Origin: Strigamia acuminata
Taxonomy: Eukaryota
Assembly (NCBI GenBank): GCA_949358305.1
Contig: OX442314.1
Coordinates: 28,024,001 to 28,088,000, forward strand
Reading direction: 5' to 3'
Length of the DNA stretch: 64,000 bases
Part shown: positions 12,554 to 24,500 of the stretch, piece after piece
How the letters are laid out: each line of letters opens with the position of its first letter
Numbering within the stretch: position 1 is the stretch's first letter
Notes under the pieces: generated by a model
The model's database searches: none
Told to the model about the DNA's origin: nothing
What the model saw: the letters and a program-made list of their open reading frames with translations, nothing else
Position numbers and translations under genes: made by a program

Positions 12554-13534
12554 CAGGGTGTTCACAATATCTTTAGACAATTGAAAAAAAAAATTTCATT
12601 TTAACATTAGGTGGTAACAAAATAATTTATTTTTCATATTAATAAGCTATTATTAAAGTTTTTAATCATGTTATGTTTCTTACTTCTGAGATCAATTAAC
12701 ATATAAAAATAATTAAAGAGGAAAGTACGCAAAAATGGCTGCTCAACGACGTAGGAATTCACAAAGTTCTCCATAAGAATCTGAGGCAGCCTGCTCGTTC
12801 CCCAGCCATAACACCCCTGGATGACTTCTTGTGTAGGTTATATAGGGTGTCCCAAAAAGAACGCAAGATTTGAATTAGCCGCCATTTGTGCAGTAAACTG
12901 TTGGCCACCCTGAAACAACAACGATTTGACAGCTGAAAGGTTAGGGTTTTATCTGCCGAAATTGGATTATATTGATGTGGCCAATATGTGGTTTCAACAA
13001 GACGTTGCAACATGCCATATTACCATGGAAACAATACAATTACTGCATGAGACATCACCGGTTTCGGTCATCAGAATTGGCCCCGTTTTCTTGTACCGTC
13101 TTGTTGAAACCCCATATTGGCCAAATCAATATAATCCAATTTCAGCAGATAAAACTCTAACCTTTCAACTGTCAAATCGTTGTTGTTTCAGGGTGGCCAA
13201 CAATTTACTGCACAAATGGCGGCTAATTCAAATCTTGCGTTCTTTTTGGGACACCCTATACAAAAGATATTGTGTACTGTACCAAAGAAAGCAAAAAATA
13301 ATTGCTGTCACTCAGACCATCCATGAAGCTGTGTTAAGAAAAATATATGAACTGAAATTGAAAATCGGTCAGATTTGGTCCGGGCAACAAATAGGGACCA
13401 TATAGAAATTTATTAGCTATTTGAAATTAAAATTTACTATATACTTTATGTTATGCACAAGTGTCATAATTGTCTAATTTTTTTTTAATTTTAACAAATT
13501 TTTCAAATTGTCTAGAGTCTATGTGAAAACCCTG
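12554..13534 (+). mobile_element. Deleted Tc1/mariner (DD37D/maT-like) remnant in IR2 intron 4
   Basis: TIR CAGGGTGTTCACA..TAGACAATT / AATTGTCTAGA..TGTGAAAACCCTG. Remnant PARSPAITPLDDFL resembles the WPPRSPDLTPLDFFLWG motif. Confidence 0.6.
12843..13258. mobile_element. Foldback MITE derived from a mariner-like element (TA TSD)
   Basis: ~160-bp inverted arms starting TAGGGTGTCCCAAAAAGAACGCAAGATTTGAATT. The arms include the transposase remnant MWFQQD(V)ATCH. Confidence 0.85.
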
Positions 13535-15583
13535 AATATTAGAACGAAAATAAATGTATTAAAAAAATTAAATTTCTAACAAGATTGTAACATTTGGTAT
13601 ATTTGAACTTCAAACTATTAGCCTAGGGAATGGAACCTACACTATTAAAAATAAAATCACTGCTATTTTTTTTATTTTAAAACGTAGAATTCAAGTTTAC
13701 TTGCATTGGAATACCGATTAGACGAGAATATTTTTCTTCAAACATACTTGGCGATAAATTGCGTAAAACAAGTAAAATGTCAATTTGAAATAATTTCCCA
13801 GAAAACACTATTTTTGAAAAAAGAAAATTTTACTGTAGGACAGGTGAATTCAGCATACTCTAATACTCATATAGCAAATTACAGGATTACAATCCTGGAA
13901 TTGTTACATATTTTTCTTCTATATAGACAACCTCACATTTAGAAAATAAAAACAAACCCCCATCATTTATCAAAGAACTTCTACAGCACTTTATTAATAA
14001 AATAAGCAGTATTTGGTAAATATTTTTAAAAATTATAAACCACTTTTCATAAAGGTGACCAAAACCTTCATGCATTTCTAGCTCAACCGCCGATTTTTTA
14101 GTCAAGAAAATTGTTGATGTACCAATACATCTGAAAAAAAAAGTACATAGACGTTTAATTAATTATTAATAATTAACAGTTACAACATTTATTGGTTCAT
14201 CATCTCTATTATTTTATTAGGACTTTGATATCTTTAGAATTGGATTTATAATCACTCCAAAACTTGTGCACAACTTTGACTTTGTAGTTATGCCTATTAG
14301 AAAAAGCACATTTGGATTAATCATGCGAGAAGACAGCAATATCAAAGACTACTTATGGATGACATTTTTCAACCCATTTCCCCCGGTTGTTTGGTCGTGT
14401 ATTTTAGTTATATATGTCATCATTGAACTATCTTTGGCTTTGATGACCAACTACTACAAAAAGCCAGCCTCAACTTCAGGTAAAAACATTTCAATAAAAA
14501 TGTTAATTACATCAAGTTTTTTTTTATAATTCCTCAAAGTTTGTACAATTATTGGAGCGAAATACTTCTTTCTTCTGCTAATTATGTCAAGCTACAGCGC
14601 AGTATTATACGGATCACTCACAGTTACATCACACTTTGGATACAATAATATTCAAGACATATTGTTGGAAGACAAAATAAACTTATACGCATACAGAGAG
14701 TATGCCCCTTACTATCGCTTTAAGGTAATGAGAAATAAATGGCAGAGCACCGCTTATTAACTAAAACACTAAATTTAATTTTAAAAAATATACAATATAT
14801 ATTTTGGGTTTTTATTTTCGTTCGTTAAATTCTCTGTCTCGTTAAATGTTTCACCGTTTAAGCAAATTAAATGCATTTAACCTACATTTGTCAATTGTCA
14901 ATTCTACAGCACGAGAAAACACTTTATCACATAATTTATCCTTTTCTGACTGTAATGATGATCAACTCCATTTTCATCAACTATCTAATATTGTGGAAAT
15001 CACAAATACAAGACAAATACTCATCATTTATCAGGATGATTATTGTTGCTAAATCACACATTTAACTCTTTCTTATATTTCTAAAAACATTTTTTAATTC
15101 CAGTACCAAACTGTTTGTTGAAACTGATCCATTTGAATTGGATTGGAAAAATTCAAATATCAGCACAACGATTCACCAATACATCGCTAGATTTAATTTA
15201 TACTCCTGTACAAATGATATTGATTTGGCTAAAAAATTCTGAGCAGGTAAAGACGATCTAATCATGCTCCTAGATTGACAAGCAATTGGTCAAGAGGCCC
15301 AAGAGTTATTCAGTTATCCACCTGTTAGATATTAAAAGTAATGCCAGCCTGTAGACTCAACGCCTGTTGTTCTAATCGTTTTTTTACTGTTTCTGGTGTG
15401 GTTTTTCCGCTGTTTTGTTTGGTGTTTAGTTTTTGACGAGATATTTGCACTTTTCATCAATTTTTGTCTCAATTCAGCAAGTTTGATTGTACTAGTCATT
15501 CCTAAATTTAAGATTTTGAAGTACTTTTGTGGATTTCTTCAGGGGTACCGGTGCTGGTACAAGTACAGTGTACTTTTCAAAAA

Positions 15584-15887
15584 TGAAGTGGCTACGCTCA
15601 TGACCGACGTGAATGTATTATTTTCATGACGCGCTGTGATTGGTTGAGAGATGTACATTGATGAAAATCCTCATTTTGTCGACTTTGCTAAAAACGGATA
15701 AGGTTAGGTCTGGGGGGGATCAAGGAGGTCTACGACCCCCCTTGTAAGAAAAAAAGCTAAAACCTCGAGAACATTGAATTTGAGAAAACTTACGTCGAGG
15801 AAACAAATTGACATCAATGGGTCCCAGCCAATCACAGCGCGTCATGAAAATAATACGTTCACGTCGGACGTGAATGTAGCCACTGCC
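15584..15887. mobile_element. MITE with ~60-bp TIR and 9-bp TSD (Mutator/Merlin-like)
   Basis: TSD TTTCAAAAA at 15575-15583 and 15888-15896. The empty site is in the paralogous MITE at ~3402-3412. Confidence 0.75.
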
Positions 15888-16394
15888 TTTCAAAAAATAC
15901 CGTGGTAGTAACACTGTATCTGTATTCCATTTTTGGCAAAAAATCTAGCAAAATCTCGCAAAATCTTGAAAAATCCGGCGCGATCTCATACTCGTACATC
16001 TGAAGATATCCACAAAAGTACTGCTGAATTATCATAAAATCTAAAATTTAGGAATAACTAGTACAATCAAACTTGGCGAATTAGGAAAGCTTGGATCGTC
16101 AAAAACCAAACACAAACAAACGGAAGAGAGGAAATTACTCCACCAGAAATGTTAATGAACAACTCCAACTTCCCACAACTAATCAGTAATAAAGGGTGTC
16201 CCAAAATTAACGCAAGATTTGAATTAAATAGAAAACACAGTTTTTAGTCTTTAGATTGTTATTTTTTTTTATTGAATCGTAAAGTACATGGGATAGGGTT
16301 ATTTATGGAATAACACATCGGGCAAATGGCCTCCACGGCTTTGCTGGCAATTCTGATCACTGAAACGAGAGAGTACACGACCAGGAAAATGTCT

Positions 16395-18151
16395 TATGAC
16401 GGTTTATAGGTGCTATTTATTAATAACACGGCCGAATTTTAATTGTTTTCGGTGAAACCCGCATTTGTCAATGCTCCGAGTCGCCACTAGATGGCGCGAA
16501 TACAATTCAGCGCTAAATTTGAATTACGAGTTAAAAGTTAGTAAATAAATATAAGAATATATTTATTTGAAGAAGACGAAGCTTCACTACTATTAATATA
16601 ATTATATATTAATGGTTATTAGTGATAATAGTTGATTTGAATCTCCAGTTCGGCAGAAAAGGAGATTTGGCGATCAATCGATCAACCGATCGATCTGATT
16701 GGTGGAGCCATTTCCGGTCCTGGGTATCCAGTTCCGGTTGTGGTGAGAATTAGCATATTGCTCCTCCGTATCCACTTCCGGTGATACAGGATTGGAGGGA
16801 TTCGTGGAACCCATGTTCCAATTGGGTGATTGGATTAATCCTTAATCCAGTCAGGTTATATAAACCCAAACAACCGGCCATCCGGCAGCTCTGTTTGATT
16901 ATTTTCTGTTTGGTATTGTTACTTAAGAAATATGATTCGTTGTTCACGTAAAAAAACCTTTTGGTTCTTTGTTGATTTATTCACAAAGAACCGTTGCATG
17001 ATTCTACAGAATCATGCCACCGCCGGCAATTGAAGTCGAAGTGCTGGGATCATTATGTTGCATAAATGTTACAGTTTACGGTTGCGACGCCGAAGGAGAA
17101 CCCGCCGTTGTGCAATTCAGTATCCTCCGGACAGGACCATGTGGTCTTTCTCGGTATGAACGTATTCCGTTACCGCAAGTAGCATCGTTGCTGTTGAGAA
17201 TTAGTTCCTTCACCGGATGGTGCCAAAGCAGTCTGTTTTACAGTAACCACGAGTAGCACCAAGTGTTTGGCAAGCTGATTCTCATGGTATTCGATGCCAA
17301 AGTAGTCGGTCTATTATTAGTACCGCGAGAGATTATACTGCTGTGCGGAGCCGCGAGCTATCGACTCCTGTGTACGTGATACCGTCAATCGCCAGACGAA
17401 CGACCGTGTCGCGACGCAGGGGACGCTTGATACCGTTCTGCATTGCAAGGCGTATATTTTCTTTCGACGGCAATTGTGTGTTGCGACGGGAAGCCTAATC
17501 TTCATTTTATTTATAACAGCTAAATATTAACTTGGCGACAAGTTGATTAACCAAGTCAGAAGACTTAATTACGATCACGATTACATCAAAGACGCAAATG
17601 TAACTGATAAGTTGATGACAACTTATCCACAAAAATATCTAAATAAGAATTCACAACGATATGAATTAAATATAATTCATAAGCGGAATATTGATAAGTA
17701 AAATGAATACATTTACTTACACCAATATCCTCCCAAAGTTGTGGCGGTGCAGACAAAGTCAACCGCAATGCTCAGATCATTCGATTTATCGACGTGCGAT
17801 AATTTACACAGCGAACCAAGGAAACCAGCGAAGCCGTATCGGACTCCAGGACACAGCCATCCGGCTTAAGATGACATCTATAATCAGGTCGAGCGATGGG
17901 GAAACCGCTCCCATATTCCAGACCCGTAGTGATATTATTCTAGGGCCAGTTGGCCAATTCTTTGTATAGTTTAATAGCTGATTTAACTTGCCAAATGTCG
18001 GCATTAGTCCTATGTATAATTTAGCCTTGATATTATTGTTTACCAAACAATAAACTGTCTTGTATTTATCTCGTATTGTATTCACTGTTTATTTATTGCG
18101 ATCTCTTCCCGGTACCATTGTTAAATGGGAGTTGTGGTCGTCACCGTCACA
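16395..18151 (+). repeat. 5' LTR of Gypsy A
   Basis: Direct repeat of 27030-28786 (offset 10635). All ORF-track translations in the two copies are identical. Confidence 0.95.
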
Positions 18152-18153
18152 CG

Positions 18154-18171
18154 TGGAGGTCCCACCGAGAT
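18154..18171 (+). promoter_or_regulatory. Primer-binding site complementary to tRNA-Gln
   Basis: TGGAGGTCCCACCGAGAT is the reverse complement of the animal tRNA-Gln(UUG) 3' end ATCTCGGTGGGACCT-CCA. Confidence 0.8.
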
Positions 18172-18930
18172 AGGTTGCAATTAAAAAAATTCGATTGAAT
18201 TACAACAGTGAATGTTTGAGATAAATATTTTAACTAAAAAGATTAGTTAAAGAACAGACAATTAGATTTTCAGTTTATATCTCCGTACAAAGAAAGTAAA
18301 CTGATGAAATAGAATTACGTAGTGGATTTTCCTTCATTATTTTCGCTCGAAAATTTAAGGGATCTCGAAGACTACCAACTAATCTCACATGTGAAAGTTC
18401 CACTGAAGATTAGGATTTGCAATTAACTCGATAGAATTAAAAAAGTGAATTTTCTCGAGGAAAATGAATAATTCAAATTCTACACGAAGGAATTGCAACA
18501 AATTACTGTTAAGATCTATCACATGATGTTGAGATAAGTTTTAATCGAAGTTTTTCAAAATTCGGAGAATTGGAAATAACAAGAATTCGTAGAAGAAGTA
18601 TATTTAGATATTTGCTTTATTCTTGAAAAGATAAAAGTAAAAAAACAAGTCTAAACATGTTTTACGAATCGCAAGAAAAAGAAAAATCTTGCAGAAAATG
18701 GAATTTCGAAGTAAGTCCAGTCTTTAAGAAAAGTTACAATAATTGGAAACAATTTACAAGAGTTGAAATGAATTTATTTTATTTCATACAAATTTGGGAA
18801 AATATTTACGAATATCTCTCGAAAGAATTTTATGTTATCGGTAAATTCTAAGATTTCGAAAGGAACGGACTTAAGAGAGAACTGTTAAACGAACATACTA
18901 CGTCTGACATTTTGTGGTTGATATTGAATC

Positions 18931-19010
18931 AGCCAATCAGGAGCTAGGAGATCTAGGGATCCCCAGCCCCCTACTATTAAAGAAGGATCAGATCAGTTAT
19001 TGATCATTCG
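18931..19010 (+). promoter_or_regulatory. Putative internal Pol II promoter upstream of Gypsy A gag
   Basis: AGCCAATCAG (18931), TATTAAA (18975) and TCATTC Inr-like motif (19004), with canonical spacing. Confidence 0.45.
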
Positions 19011-19134
19011 CTTCCAGACCAGACTTACGAGACGTGCTCCAGTAACTATTCTGACCGCACCAACCGATTCTCGTTACGATTCGAAGTTTTCCCATCGCTA
19101 ATTATTTTAAAGACTATTCGATTATATTTTTATA

Positions 19135-21501
19135 ATGGATCCAAATAATCTTCCTAACGAAGAAAAAGTTGCCGAAGAAAAGGCCACCAACGGAGAAGCT
19201 AGCTTGGATTCAAGTTATGTAAAACTTTGTGATCAAACGGAAATGATTCCCGATGAACTCACCCAGTATTGCAATCATTACGAATTGGATAAAACCCAGT
19301 TCAAAAATATAATCGAAGCTTCCGAATTTGTAATGAAGCAGGCATTACGGAACGTGCGTATCAATCCGACTCCGGAAAAACGTGCACAACTTTCCAAGGA
19401 AAGTTTGGAAAATCATAATTCCATTATGGACCCAATTTCTTCGCCGAAAGGTTTACCCGAAGAAAGCGGATCTCGATCCAAAATTCCGCAACGGAAGTTG
19501 GGTGATCAAGCCAGAATTAAAACCCCGTCAGTTCGAGACCAAGACATTCGAGAGTTATTTCGAACCTCAAGTAAAGGATCGCTTGATCAATCTAGTTTAG
19601 GAAGTGGAACTCCGCATTCCCGCAACGCAAGTTGTCACAACTCCCCAAATATTCCAGAAGCGGGAGGATCTAATTTTTCATCTTTTCAACCAGAAAATGC
19701 TAAAAAGCAATCCAATCCGCATATTTATACGGAAAATGGAAATAGACATTTTGTCAAACAAACTCCTAAGAAACAAGGGAGTAAATCTGTGATTCGACGG
19801 AAGCTATCTCCGCTTCCATCACCTGTCTTCACTCAAGCTCAACAAGAGCAGTTGAGACTGGAAAAAGAGGAAAAGGAGCGACTTCAACAAGAAGAGATCA
19901 CTCGAAAGAAAATTAGCGACGAAAAAATTCGTCAGGATAGGCTTATCCAAGAAGCTAAAAGAATAGATGAAGAAGACGAAATCCGACAAATTGCGTTAGA
20001 AGAGGACGAAATTCCCAAGCCTCCAGAACCAGTTTTAGATATAAACAAGCTCTTGGACGAACTTAAAAGCCAACGAGATGAACTCGACCGACGATAAAAG
20101 AAACTTCAAGATACGACAAGAGATCTGCATAGAGCTGAAAGTCGGCAAAGAGACAACGAAAAACTCTTAAACGCTCGTTTTAATCTTGCGTCGTCCACCA
20201 ATGCTAGTCACGGAAGTGAACCTCGAGATGAGTCAAACCCCTCTCGTGCATCAACAGATGATATTCCAAGTTCCCATTCTTCCGCAGGAAGCTCTACCGG
20301 AACTAAGCTTCCATCTGAAGGAAATAATATCTCGTTTGATCATATTTTGAAAATGCAACAAAATATGGCCAATCAATTCCAACGACAATTAGATGTGCAA
20401 ATGAAAACTTTCATACAAGCGCAAACGCCACGAACAACTGGGCCTCAGCAATTTAATAATCCAGGACCCAGTAAAGTCTTTTTCAAAGGACAAGACCTTC
20501 CAGTTTTCGACGGAAAACAGGAAGATATAGATAAATTCTTATCCGTAGCCAAATCAGTAGCTATTTCTAAAGGATTAACTCTTGACGAAATGGTTAATCA
20601 AGGTATTCCAACATATCTATCGGGATTAGCCCAACAATGGTACGATGAAAATAAAACTCAATTTACCAATTGGGAAACCTTTGTAAGATTATTTCGGGAA
20701 GAATTTGACATGATTCTCACCACTCGAATTAGGAATTTACGCACAGTAATTCAAGGTGAAGATGAACCCCTATATGAATTTCTAATTAGATTCACTAAAG
20801 CTCAAGGAACATATTCCGAACGAGGAAATGTTGCTACTCTGTTTGATAACTTAAATTCAACAAGTTATAATCGACTGATTGATAAAAATCTTTATAAAAG
20901 TAATTCAGTCGAAGAAATTTTTCAGTTCGTCCGAACGAATAGAGCTCTTTTCGAACCTCAACGAAGTCGTAAAGAAAACTCTAAAGAAATGGAGAAAGTG
21001 GTATTTAACAACCAGAAATTTTCTAAAGACTCCAAGAATACGCGATCTTCCGCTCGATCTACCCAGTTGATGGAAATAGAGTCGAAAGAAGAGACCGTCG
21101 AAGTCGACGAACTAACGGAGGATAATGTATCTATGGATAGTTTGTTATGTGCTATGTCGGAAAATCAGACAGGAAAATGCTTTCATTGTAAACAACCAGG
21201 GCATTTCAAGAGAGATTGTCCGTCGCTTCCAAAGCGAAAATTCAGCAATAATTTCCCAGGGAATAACAATTCCAGTAACAATAGTTCTAATCAGCAGTCA
21301 AATGAATTTAAACAACCACGTCAAAATTGGGTGACCGCCGAAGCCATTGATCAGAAAATGGAAGAACTAAAAACTGATATACAAAGTAATGTACAAACAA
21401 CGATCAGTAAAACAATGTCGGATCTGTTTAGTAAGTTCTTGGACCCAAAGAATGCTACGACGGCGCCGATTGTTGAAAACCCACCAGTTTCAAAAAACTA
21501 G
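19135..21501 (+). pseudogene. gag: Gypsy A gag with one in-frame stop (TAA 20095-20097)
   Basis: ORFs 19135-20097 and 20347-21501 share a frame. Capsid-like LPVFDG...LSGLAQQWY and CCHC knuckle CFHCKQPGHFKRDC. Confidence 0.85.
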
Positions 21502-24500
21502 TGGCGGGGGTCATTGCACCCCCTGAAAATAATTCCGAAGGAATCCTAACACCTGAATTGGAACAAGCTCTTTCTGAAACTCTGGATAATTTAACTATTC
21601 AGGATAAGGAAATTAAGCGTGCTCGTCCTAACCGGAAGACACGAAAAAGAAACTGGAATTATAAGTTCAAAGTCGCATCGAATACACCATTCTCAGCGGA
21701 AGAAACAACAAATCCGTTCTTGAATTTTCACGACGACCTGTTTTCTCCGGCTAAGGGAGACGAATCTTTAACACGATTAATACAAGATACGTCCAATCTT
21801 AATATTCGTGACGAACCTACTAGTTCTAGTGGAGGAGTATTTGAGAATTTACAATCTATGATTGATAATTTGAATCCCGACCCTAAATCTTCCAGATATG
21901 CAAGGTTAAAATCTTACATTAACGAGAACCAGTTAAAACGAAAAGATGGGATTGAACGAATTAATAGTTTGGGAAATCATATTGACGACCCCCGAATGAA
22001 AATTACGATAGGTGGACTCACCTACAATGCTTTGATGGACTCAGGAGCAACGCAGTGTTTTATTGGATTACAATTACTAGGTAAAACTTGCGCTTCTCCC
22101 GATTTCATACAAGATTGTCCAAAACACATGAGAGTTTGCGCAGTTGGAGTTACTCATATTCCACTGGGACAAATTACTTTGTGTGTACAATGGGCAGATG
22201 GAGAAGAGTTTACACCAATAAACTTTATAATATTGGATAACAATGTTTGCGGATTGATTATCGGTCATAATTTTATGCGCCGAACCAAAATCAATTTAAA
22301 CCCCGCACGAGCTGTATTTACTTGTGATAGTAAATCTAATTGGACTGCCCCTTATGAGACAGACGAGTTAAATTGTAATTTAGCTCGAGTACAAGTCCTA
22401 ACGGACAATCAGACAGTCACACACACTCCTGATAATTGGGAAGAATTATTAGTAAAGGATTGTGACTGCTCCGTCGAGGAACGAAACAAATTACTTGAAG
22501 TAATTGCTGGTGTTAGAAACGTCTTTAGAGATAAAGTCGGTTGTACTAACATCATTAAACATAAAATTACGTTTAAAAAGGATGCGAAATGGAAGAAACA
22601 ACCGTTTCGAATGTATAACCCTGCTAAGATAGCCATTATGACTAAATTAGTAGAAGAATTGGAAGCGGATGATTTGATTGAAAGAGCCACTGGACCTTAT
22701 ATTAGTCATCCAGTGATAGTGGCAAAACCAAACGGCACCTATCGTTTGTGTATCGATTATCGTTGGTTGAATGCAATCACCGAAATCAACGCCATTCAAA
22801 TGCCAAGTATTGATCTGTTGATCCATAATACTAATCAGGCAAAATATTTTACCTCTCTTGACCTTACCAAAGGATATTATCAAGTCGAGATGGACGAGGA
22901 AGATCGACAGAAGACCGCCTTTTATACACCAAAAGGGAATTACCAATTTATTCGCATGCCTTTTGGTCTTTGCAATGCCCCGTGTACATTTCAGTTTCTA
23001 ATGGAACAAGTGATGGGCGAAGCATTATATAAACATGCTTTAGTCTATTTAGACGATGTCATAATCTTCTCTGCTACTTGAGAGAAACACTTGGAACACA
23101 TTAAAGATGTGTTAGAAAGATTGGATAAAGCCAACTTATCAGTGAATAAAGAAAAATCAAAGTTTGGAAAAACTACACTCAAATTTTTGGGTCATTTAAT
23201 AACTCCAACCGGATTAGCGCCTGACCCAGATAAAGTAGTGTCAGTTAGGAAATATCCAACTCCTAAGAATTCAAAGGATATTCAACGATTTCATGGCTTG
23301 TCAAATTTCTTCAGAAAATTCATCCCTGAACATGCAAAAATTGCTAGACCTCTAACTAGTATGATGCATGACAAAGCAGTATTTGAATGGGGAAAAGAAC
23401 AAGAAGCAGCTTTCGAAGCCATTAAAAATATCTTATGTGACGAAACACAAGTTTTGTTAATGCCAGATATGATGAAACCATTCGTAATTTTGACAGACGC
23501 ATCACACGATGGACTTGGCAGCATATTATGTCAAGACGTAGAATTCCTCGATGAAGGAAAAGGAGAAATGATCATGACTCCTAGACCAGTAGCTTATGCT
23601 AGCCGAGTCCTACGAGGAGCCGAAGTACGCTACTCAACACCCGAACTCGAGTGTTTGGCAGTAGTATGGGCAGTAGACAAATTCCAACCGTATATTGAAT
23701 ATACAACATTTACCTTGGAATCAGATGCAGAAGCATTGAAATGGCTGATGGGAACACCAGAACCATCAGGACGATTTGGTCGTTGGGCGATTAAACTTCA
23801 GTGCGGCGCCTTTAAGATTAAATATCGACGAGGCACCCAGAATCAAGTTGCCGACGCCTTTTCAAGAGCTCCCTTGAGCATTGAAGACATTCCAGAGGAC
23901 GATTATTGTGAACCAATTGAAATCACTCAATTTTGGCCAGAATGGGACGGAAATCGAGAAATTATTCGAAGAAATAATAAAGAAGATTGCCAATTTCTAA
24001 CAAATGTGCAGCTTCATTTCGATTATTCCAAATTATTATACAATACTTTGGAAAAGGGGGAGGAAATGGATGAAGCTACAGAAGAAACACTATTTAGTGC
24101 TTTAACTGAAGTTCTGAAAGAAGTTCCTCCTACTCGAGAAGAGATTATAGAAGCCCAATTGGCCGACAAGGAATGTAAAATAATAATAGATCATCTAAAA
24201 CGAGATGAAATCGAACAAAGAAAGTTTAAGAAAACTAAAGAATGGATGAAAGCAGTCCGAGGTTACCAATTAGATTTTCAAGAAGAAAATGGTAATGAAA
24301 TGCTGATTTACTTCAAACCAACGTTTGAAGAAGAGTTGAATGACTCCGGAAACGGATTTAAAGCTGTCATTCCACCTTCACTAGTACGAAGAGTATTATT
24401 TGCTTGTCACGGACATCCGCTAAGTGGACATGCAGGGATAAGTAAGACGCTCGAACGAGCCAAACTTGTGTATTACTGGCCAAGAATGAATAAAGATACT

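Larger units (their letters stand above)
11592..14724 (+). pseudogene. Divergent IR copy 2: exons 1-9 open, last two exons (S2 end, M4) not found
   Basis: Exon-by-exon paralogy with copy 1 (MDILRIFFVYLLSGC..., ITPKLVHNFDF, FFNPFPPVVW, IMSSYSAVLYGSLTV). It is followed 185 bp later by exon 2 of copy 3. Confidence 0.75.

Noticed and set aside
12926..13405. 159-aa ORF as a transposase gene
   Set aside because: It has only a short WFQQD remnant and then reads through the inverted arm of a MITE.
16750..18085. Short ORFs duplicated at 27385-28720
   Set aside because: They lie within the LTRs and have no recognisable motifs. Their identity reflects the LTR duplication.
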